Positions 57,668 to 64,000 of a stretch of DNA of 64,000 nucleotides are shown here, in pieces (within the stretch, counting starts at the first letter, position 1; the number at the start of each line of letters is the position of its first letter). This DNA comes from a virus: IMG/VR virus record IMGVR_UViG_3300010413_002638, positions 32,001-96,000 of that record. One strand, 5' to 3'. The notes under the pieces were generated by a model. That model did no database searches and was not told the origin of the DNA. It saw only the letters and a program-made list of their open reading frames with translations. Made by a program: the position numbers and the translations under genes.

Positions 57668-57925
57668 CTAACTTTGACCCACTATTTCCTGAGCCCAACT
57701 GGCAAGATATGCTCTGGCACACCGCCCTTCTTTCCCGGATTGCCAACCGTCTACTATCAGATAGCGGCAGCAATCATCGTCCAGTTGCGGCTCGTAGCGA
57801 CGCAAATGGGTACCGACTTCTAGCACTTCTCGTACTTGAAATCTTAATGTGCCGCGAGGGGTTCGCCATGTTCGCTTAAGACGGGCACCGACGGTGATGA
57901 GATCATGCTTTATTGGCCACATCAA
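57668..57925 (-). CDS. hypothetical protein
   Basis: Operon continuity. Confidence 0.45.
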   Translation of the reverse strand: MMWPIKHDLITVGARLKRTWRTPRGTLRFQVREVLEVGTHLRRYEPQLDDDCCRYLIVDGWQSGKEGRCARAYLASWAQEIVGQS

Positions 57926-58298
57926 TCTCGAACTCCGGTTCTGGCACCAATTTGAATAGACCCTTTAATTCATTACACCAGGTGAGGCTGTCTTCTTTGG
58001 TGAAGATGCAATAATATTGTTCTTTGACGTCTGAATAAAGGATTTCGAGAACAGCCAAATCTTGACCAGGTGCGTTATACCAGTACCAGCCTTCGGCGTT
58101 CAGTTCTTCGGCTGGTATCCATTTGCCCTGTAGTCTCATGAATGTTTGCAGGGCGGCATTATAGAGGATTTGTCGGGCAGTACTGATAATGTTGCGTTCT
58201 TTCAAGTAGGTGGCATACGCGGCCCAAAAGGACGTGAGGTCGCCCTTGTTTAATAGTTGTGCCAGTGCCAGCCACCATTCTTGTTCTGTGCGTGCCAT
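57903..58298 (-). CDS. hypothetical protein
   Basis: Operon continuity. Confidence 0.55.
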   Translation of the reverse strand: MARTEQEWWLALAQLLNKGDLTSFWAAYATYLKERNIISTARQILYNAALQTFMRLQGKWIPAEELNAEGWYWYNAPGQDLAVLEILYSDVKEQYYCIFTKEDSLTWCNELKGLFKLVPEPEFEIDVANKA

Positions 58299-58364
58299 GG
58301 TCAAAGCTAGGTTGGGTATAGAACGGGCGAAACGTGATGTGTGCTTGAGCCAGCCTCGGATATT

Positions 58365-58778
58365 TTATTCGGGGCTGGCTTTTTTTATATATGCTTCGAC
58401 AATTCCTATGATCCACTTTTCTAATTCACTAATCGAATCCGGGTGGACAAGATCAAAGATCTTGGAGCGGTTCGCTTCGGAGAGATGATTTCCTTCTTTC
58501 ACTACTACACTGCGGGCCACTAAGCGATCGTCGCTTGATTCTTCTGAGGTAGTTTTAGCAGCAAAAAATTTGAATGTTACGGAGTTCTCACCATCAGCTA
58601 CTACCAATAATGGTGGAGTGAGGAGGCTTTTGGTGGCACCGCTGGGGCCGACGACTATTTTGTTTGGCCCGATTACCGCTGGGTGGCCTTCAATGCGGAG
58701 GTTTGAGTATTTCTTGCGTAGATCTCTTGCGAGGGATTTGACGATGACGTCGCGGATAGAATGTGGTTTCTTGACCAT
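58365..58778 (-). CDS. hypothetical protein
   Basis: Coding-like ORF. Confidence 0.6.
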   Translation of the reverse strand: MVKKPHSIRDVIVKSLARDLRKKYSNLRIEGHPAVIGPNKIVVGPSGATKSLLTPPLLVVADGENSVTFKFFAAKTTSEESSDDRLVARSVVVKEGNHLSEANRSKIFDLVHPDSISELEKWIIGIVEAYIKKASPE

Positions 58779-58819
58779 GTTGGTCTGTTGCGAGCCAAGA
58801 CGCAGTGTTAATAAGCTGA

Positions 58820-58852
58820 GGCCCCGCAGCGCCTTTTGAGCACCACGGGGCC
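58820..58852 (-). terminator. RNA hairpin on the minus-strand transcript (terminator/attenuator-like)
   Basis: 14-bp stem; its four C-A mismatches on + all become G-U pairs on -. Confidence 0.6.
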
Positions 58853-58980
58853 GGTTGTGGAATTTTTAGCTTTTAATTTTCAGTTCTAAACCGGTCCGGA
58901 CCCTACCCGGCATCCCCCCGCTCGATTACGAGGTGGCTTGGACTTAGCCCACGCAAGTCATGTGACTGGTCTCAACCAGT

Positions 58981-59009
58981 ATCGTCAAACAATATTTTTC
59001 TCATGTCAA
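58981..59009 (-). promoter_or_regulatory. possible sigma70-type promoter
   Basis: TTGACA-17 nt-GACGAT on the minus strand (weak -10). Confidence 0.35.
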
Positions 59010-59071
59010 CGATCCTATATCTTTTGTGCATTCAGTAGTATCTCTGCCCCTAAAATACATCTAGTGTATTT

Positions 59072-60313
59072 TTAGCTAACGGGTGCGAGGCCGTTTAGGT
59101 GACAATGAATACGGATTTGTTCGTGGCACTGTCCAATTGTTCTGTTGGGGACTCCTAAGAATTCTGCCATGTGGCATTTTCGGGGGTCACCATTTCCATA
59201 GATGTCGCTGAATTCCCGGTAGGTCTGTCCTTGACCGCTCTGAATGTCAAAAACGGCCTTACAGGTACCATCCGGTAAGGCGGCTCGTATTGCCTCCATG
59301 ACATCCCTATTATCTACTACTGCAACATGATCGTCTTGGTCCATTCTAGCTCCCTCAATCGTACGATAACCAATTTGTTTGATGGTAAATCCATTCTCAT
59401 CAGCTTCATTTTCCTCCTGAAACATCACGTGCTCTGGCATACTCACGCGCGTGGTCATGCTGCGAGCATTACTATTCTTCAATACGCGAACAGCATTGCT
59501 CGTGGTTTCAATGGCTACCTCCTCCTTCAACGCCCGCTGACGGAGGAGAGCTAGTTCCACCGTGAATTCCGGTGGTGTCAAAAGGCCGACAACATATACT
59601 TCGAAGACTTTCTCGTCATAGTTCTCGGGGTCATAGCGGAAGTCAAGCTTCATCTTCCGGCAGATTGCCAAAAGCTCCTGCAAAATGACTTCGTCCGCCC
59701 GAGCGATAACGGTTCGCGGGGTCTTCCGGTGTTCCGCTCGTTCGTTCTCACGGATTTGTTGGCGAACGTAATTCCAGCCATATTCGCCAAAGAATTTGCT
59801 ACGTTGGACCGGATCGTTGATGATCGACATGGGATCATCGTAGAATTTCTCGCCGGTCACATATTTGATGGCCGAACGGCATCGCGGGGGACGTTCATCA
59901 TCGCCATATTGGGCAACGATTGCCTGGAACTGCTCATAGGGTAGGAATTGCCCTTTGGTTAGTTCTTCGCTGTCGCCAGGGTCCTTGATCTGAACGTGAT
60001 CGCAGTTGGGGCAACGGAGCTGTTGGCGATCGATGGAGGCGACTTTGTTCCGTTTGGTGACGTAGCAGGAGCTACCACAGGCTTGGCAACGGAACTTGTA
60101 TTTGCAGTGATAGAAGAGGTTGACGACACCTCGCCATACGGCGATATACCATTCTTGGTCGGCTATGGTGCGGTCGTCCCTGTAATCCCAGCCGATGGTT
60201 GCGCCAAGGCCGCGAATGATGCTGGCACGCTTGGCTTGCATGTCTGGATCGTTGACAATCGCGCGTACGATTTCATCGATTCGAACTCGGTCTTCCTCCG
60301 TGAGATTCGCCAT
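59072..60313 (-). CDS. highly divergent sigma-like factor with a zinc-ribbon insertion
   Basis: ADQEWYIAVW (2.2-like), CQAC...CPNC insert, FFGEYGWNYVRQQIRE (2.3/2.4-like), LPDGTCKAVF...MAEFLGVPNRTI (region 4 HTH). Confidence 0.55.
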   Translation of the reverse strand: MANLTEEDRVRIDEIVRAIVNDPDMQAKRASIIRGLGATIGWDYRDDRTIADQEWYIAVWRGVVNLFYHCKYKFRCQACGSSCYVTKRNKVASIDRQQLRCPNCDHVQIKDPGDSEELTKGQFLPYEQFQAIVAQYGDDERPPRCRSAIKYVTGEKFYDDPMSIINDPVQRSKFFGEYGWNYVRQQIRENERAEHRKTPRTVIARADEVILQELLAICRKMKLDFRYDPENYDEKVFEVYVVGLLTPPEFTVELALLRQRALKEEVAIETTSNAVRVLKNSNARSMTTRVSMPEHVMFQEENEADENGFTIKQIGYRTIEGARMDQDDHVAVVDNRDVMEAIRAALPDGTCKAVFDIQSGQGQTYREFSDIYGNGDPRKCHMAEFLGVPNRTIGQCHEQIRIHCHLNGLAPVS

Positions 60314-60488
60314 CGTAATGTTGGCGATACTGCCACGCAGGCACAACTTGGGCAGCTGTCGTTGTAGCGGCATACAAAACTCCTAAACCAACGTTGCACA
60401 AAGAAAAGAGGTATATCTCGTTGATTCGGGAGTTCACCGTATTGGTGAGAACAAGATACACCCCATACACTGTTGCAAAGGAAATACA

Positions 60489-61244
60489 ATGGGTCAATAC
60501 TGTGATAGCCAAAAGCTAGAACATTACTGGTACCATTGGATATTAAGCTCATCCGTGCCAGCTTTGGAAGAATACCGCCGAAGAGGAATACTTTGGACCA
60601 AAGTGATTGGCTTTGCCCAACACGACGGGCAATTGCTACTGTCCAACGGAAAACCATTGCCAGACCCATCTCATCCAACCAGGTTGCATTGTTTGGCATT
60701 GGATTATCCCCTATTCTTTCGGACAGAGGAAGGAATGCCAACAGCACCTATCTCCAATTTCGGACGGAATTTACGAGAATCGCCCGGTGAGATAAAATTC
60801 AAGTATAAGAATTTAGCTCGCCGCCAAGCATCTGCGGACGAGGAATTGTTTGCTGAATTGAAGCGACTTGGGTACGCAAAAGAGTACACGACCGACCACA
60901 GTTGGCATAATATGTTGGAGGATATCAGGAATATATGTAATGGTATAGCGATGAAGTTTCGACTTAGCAGCGAAGATGAGCAATTGGACTTAGCGTCCGA
61001 CGCCCTTCTCCAGGTCGTAAACAAGCTAGATTCAGGAAGGCTTGTGTACATGCCAGGCCGAGCCCCTGTCTTCAACCTGCTAACCACGACGACTTACAGA
61101 ATTATGTATAGTATTCTGAACAAAAAGAATGGTCAGAAGTATAGCATCCGAAAGCTTATAGATGATGCTGCGGCGGGTGTCTTGCCTGATTCTGGGCGAA
61201 GCATCCGTGTGCCCACCATCCGATCTCCTATTAGATCACACTAA
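60489..61244 (+). CDS. T4 gp55-like late sigma factor
   Basis: YCDSQKLEHYW N-terminus; ICNGIAMKF...DLASDALL...VFNLLTT...SILNK resembles the gp55 region-2 core. Confidence 0.6.
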   Translation: MGQYCDSQKLEHYWYHWILSSSVPALEEYRRRGILWTKVIGFAQHDGQLLLSNGKPLPDPSHPTRLHCLALDYPLFFRTEEGMPTAPISNFGRNLRESPGEIKFKYKNLARRQASADEELFAELKRLGYAKEYTTDHSWHNMLEDIRNICNGIAMKFRLSSEDEQLDLASDALLQVVNKLDSGRLVYMPGRAPVFNLLTTTTYRIMYSILNKKNGQKYSIRKLIDDAAAGVLPDSGRSIRVPTIRSPIRSH

Positions 61245-61446
61245 CCATTTCTTGTCAAGTAGACACAGCCGTCGGTGTGTCGTCACCACAATACTCAAAA
61301 GGAGTTAGAGAACCTATTCTTAATTCCTGTCGATGTATTGTACACAACAGATATTGTGCTAGCATGCACACCCAATATTAAGGGGACTTCTGGCAAAAAG
61401 GAGGCTACGTTAATCGGATCGAAAGGTTTTAACTCGAAGGGGAACA

Positions 61447-61707
61447 ATGTCTACCCAAACCCACAAGGAAGGTCAAGTATCGGAGGAGATCAAGCAAATA
61501 TTTCAACAACATCGAGAAGCTATCATCATCACAGTTGACCCCGTTGCAGAATCAGAAGAAACAGCCGTGAACGCTTTCGTCAAAATGCTAGATAAAAATA
61601 AAGGCGGGAAACTGGCCTCCCTGCTGGATAGCATTTTGACCAACCTGAAAGCGACCTATGGCGAAAAACGTGGTGGTATGCCGAGTTCGTCCGCAGCTCA
61701 TCCGTAA
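61447..61707 (+). CDS. hypothetical protein
   Basis: AGGGG RBS. Confidence 0.55.
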   Translation: MSTQTHKEGQVSEEIKQIFQQHREAIIITVDPVAESEETAVNAFVKMLDKNKGGKLASLLDSILTNLKATYGEKRGGMPSSSAAHP

Positions 61708-62593
61708 GCGGACTATCATCAAGACGGTGCCAACTGTCCAGGTCATCGCTAAACCGGCACAGCAGAAAGTCCTAAAACTACAGGATATTCGGCCACCCAG
61801 CCCTCCAATCCCACAGAACTCAGCTGCCGTCGTTCAGCCAAAGAACGTCAAACGCCAGCGGAATATCCGGAAAAAGACCCACGTCCGTTACCAAACTCGC
61901 GACCCACTACCAGGATCACTGGAACGGACTAAGGCTATACAGGGTATGGGTCGTGGTAAGGTCCTCATCATTATTGGCAACGGCCCTTCCATATCAGAAG
62001 CGCCACTAGACCAATTAGTTGGCGTACCTAATATCGAAATAATGTCAGTCAATCGACCTGACGAACGAATTTGGCCAACTACTTATTGGTCTTTCTTTGA
62101 CCTCTCTCAAATGCGACGGCACGAGAAATTGTGGGAGAATTATGAAGGCTATATCTTCAATTCCACAGCTATTCGTCGCCAAAAAGCCAAATCTATTCAA
62201 TTCAAGAATATAATGGGCCAAGGTTGGAGTCGAGATCTAACCAAAGGTATCCATATTGGTCGATCTTCTGTCTACGCTTCTATGCAGATAGCTATGTGGA
62301 TGCAATTCGCACATGTTTATGTCTTCGGGTGTGACATGAACCCCGACGGAATAAATGGTCAGTTGCATTTCTATGGTGTGAATCCTGATGTTGAACCCAA
62401 CATCAGAGCGCAGCGATTCTTAAAGGAGTCAGAGTTCTACGTTAACGCCGCCGAGGTATTAACGGAAGAAGAACGAGCGAAGTTTACCTTTGCCACTGAC
62501 TACAACCCATGGGATTTTGTACATAAATACAATCAAATGTCGCACAAATCCATGGGTCCCATAATTGAACACGCTGCATCCCTAACACCATGA
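61658..62593 (+). CDS. DUF115/Maf/CstII-like glycosyltransferase with a basic N-terminal extension
   Basis: IIIGNGPS, MSVN, SSVYASMQIA, VYVFGCD, HFY. Confidence 0.72.
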   Translation: MAKNVVVCRVRPQLIRKRTIIKTVPTVQVIAKPAQQKVLKLQDIRPPSPPIPQNSAAVVQPKNVKRQRNIRKKTHVRYQTRDPLPGSLERTKAIQGMGRGKVLIIIGNGPSISEAPLDQLVGVPNIEIMSVNRPDERIWPTTYWSFFDLSQMRRHEKLWENYEGYIFNSTAIRRQKAKSIQFKNIMGQGWSRDLTKGIHIGRSSVYASMQIAMWMQFAHVYVFGCDMNPDGINGQLHFYGVNPDVEPNIRAQRFLKESEFYVNAAEVLTEEERAKFTFATDYNPWDFVHKYNQMSHKSMGPIIEHAASLTP

Positions 62594-63123
62594 CAAACAA
62601 CCAATCTGTTCCGCTCGGAAGAGTATATATTGCTTCTAGTCTGCACAACGCCGAGCGAGTAAAACACATCAAACAAAAGCTCGAATCATTGGGCGTAATG
62701 GTCACTTATGATTGGACCGTGCACGGCCAAGTCTTCGACAAAGAGGAATTGATAAGAATAGCCATAGCAGAGGAACAGGGAGTAAGCGACGCGGACGTGT
62801 TCTTAATGGTATTTCCTGGTCGGACCGGTACGCACGTCGAGTTTGGGCTTGCTCGCGGATTGGGTATTCCGATCGTGCTGTTGGAAGAAGTAGAAGTAGA
62901 ACAGAAATCATTTTATTATCTGCCTGGCCTCCATAAGACCCAAACGGAAGAAGAGGCCATCAGAGCAGTGTTGCGTATTTTGCAAGACAAAAATAGCTGG
63001 CCAAGCAGCGTCCCTAAAACCGTGGGTGAAGTGCTGCAACTGGTACCAAAGATCTTAGAATCGCTGAGGAGTGATAATGTCGATTTTCCACAAGCTCGAA
63101 CTGGATGTAATGCAGACCAATGA
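62590..63123 (+). CDS. nucleoside 2-deoxyribosyltransferase / nucleotide N-hydrolase family protein
   Basis: VYIASS, DADV, GTHVEFGLA, GIPI. Confidence 0.8.
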   Translation: MTNNQSVPLGRVYIASSLHNAERVKHIKQKLESLGVMVTYDWTVHGQVFDKEELIRIAIAEEQGVSDADVFLMVFPGRTGTHVEFGLARGLGIPIVLLEEVEVEQKSFYYLPGLHKTQTEEEAIRAVLRILQDKNSWPSSVPKTVGEVLQLVPKILESLRSDNVDFPQARTGCNADQ

Positions 63124-63769
63124 ATTGGAAGATGCTGCTAAAATAGCGGTCAAGTATAACTTCCAGGCTATGGTCGTACACCCGCTGATTGTCACCGATG
63201 CCATTTTCCTACGTGGTCGAACTCAGGGTAGGTATAAGATAATCACACCAGTTGATTGGCCCAAAGGCGAGAACTTTGGTATGGTCAAATTACGTGGTTT
63301 GTCCTCCGACGCCCTGGACGTCGATGGTTTCGAGATATTATTGACCGGCGATAAAACTCTGGTCGAGACCCGCAACGAAGCCAAGGTGTTGACCAATTTC
63401 ATCAAGCAACAATTATCAGAATTGGTCGAAGTGCGATTTGTACTTGGCACGTCCCTGCGGACACCGGAAAATGTCGCTCACATGATGGAAGCGTTCAAGG
63501 ATGTGAGAATTCCAGCTTATATCCGCAACGACCACCATCTAAAGTTGCAAGTGAGCAAGGCCAACGCCGACACGCATAATGCCTTTATGGACAAATTGTT
63601 CGAGATATTTCGGGCACCGGTCAAGCTGAGTGGCAATATTAATACTGTCAGAGCGATTACCTCTTGTGATCGTGCACAACGGTTTGCCGTAAATATCAAT
63701 CAAGCACGGACAATAATCAAAGAAGTCCACCAGCAACCAGAAGAATTGAAGTCAATTCTAGATGCTTGA
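63077..63769 (+). CDS. DeoC (deoxyribose-phosphate aldolase)-like TIM barrel lacking the Schiff-base Lys
   Basis: VVHP, TPVDWPKG...K, VRFVL, YIRND (cf. FVKTS), VKLSGNI. Confidence 0.6.
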   Translation: MSIFHKLELDVMQTNELEDAAKIAVKYNFQAMVVHPLIVTDAIFLRGRTQGRYKIITPVDWPKGENFGMVKLRGLSSDALDVDGFEILLTGDKTLVETRNEAKVLTNFIKQQLSELVEVRFVLGTSLRTPENVAHMMEAFKDVRIPAYIRNDHHLKLQVSKANADTHNAFMDKLFEIFRAPVKLSGNINTVRAITSCDRAQRFAVNINQARTIIKEVHQQPEELKSILDA

Positions 63770-64000
63770 AGCAATTTGCCCGGAGTGTGGCATAACCAAT
63801 TCTTTCGACGAATCACAAGTAATCTACGAATTTGACTTCGTATATGTTCTTTGTTATAATTGCGGTAGCACGATAAAAATACAATGCGAGACAATAATCC
63901 CAGGAAGGTGTTCCGCAGAAATAAGTGCTCCCGTATTAGAAATTGGTGAAATTGTAAAAATAACTAATAGAGAACACGCCTGGTATGACGAAATCGCAAT
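63762..64000 (+). CDS. zinc-ribbon protein, truncated by the window end (not in the ORF track)
   Basis: Manual translation MLEAICPECG...LCYNCGS...LEIGEIVKITN. Confidence 0.6.
   Translation, partial: MLEAICPECGITNSFDESQVIYEFDFVYVLCYNCGSTIKIQCETIIPGRCSAEISAPVLEIGEIVKITNREHAWYDEIA

Noticed and set aside
60163-60747. 194-aa minus-strand ORF and similar overlapping track ORFs (e.g. 1023-1610, 25087-25608)
   Set aside because: They overlap better-supported genes and show no motifs or RBS.
1-64000. Stop-codon reassignment, CRISPR array, tRNA genes, transposases or integrase
   Set aside because: Conserved genes are full length in code 11 and use TAA, TAG and TGA stops. I saw no repeat-spacer array, cloverleaf or transposase motif by eye; a tRNAscan/CRISPR scan would be needed to exclude them fully.
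1-64000. Bacterial chromosome origin for the window
   Set aside because: Despite recA, dnaE, groES and kdsB, the gp32/UvsY/gp46-47/gp55-like genes, many short unknown ORFs and absence of housekeeping operons fit a large phage.

Overview
Gene-dense 64 kb segment of a large (jumbo-type) dsDNA bacteriophage using the standard genetic code. I found no rRNA, tRNA or CRISPR array. The host may be a planctomycete, inferred weakly from the KdsB, actin and CAP-type genes. The window carries: (i) a replication/recombination module (gp32-like SSB, UvsY-like mediator, RecA, DnaB/gp41-type helicase, 5'-3' exonuclease, Holliday junction resolvase, family-4 UDG, SbcC/SbcD, DinG-type helicase, a minimal divergent PolA, and a Pol III alpha split into two non-adjacent genes with no intein); (ii) transcription take-over genes (three unrelated sigma-like proteins and a stand-alone RNAP alpha-CTD); (iii) a large glycan-modification set (about 11 glycosyltransferase-like genes, a sulfotransferase, methyltransferases, KdsB); (iv) an actin-like ATPase, GroES, a DarG-like macrodomain and two HNH nucleases. 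The best candidate for a new system is at 31229-35813: a radical SAM/SPASM maturase followed directly by two paralogous ~90-aa Cys-rich peptides under clear purifying selection, a degenerate adenylate-forming enzyme and two paralogous glycosyltransferases. This reads as a phage-encoded RiPP-like cluster. All calls rest on motifs recognised by eye; no database searches were run.
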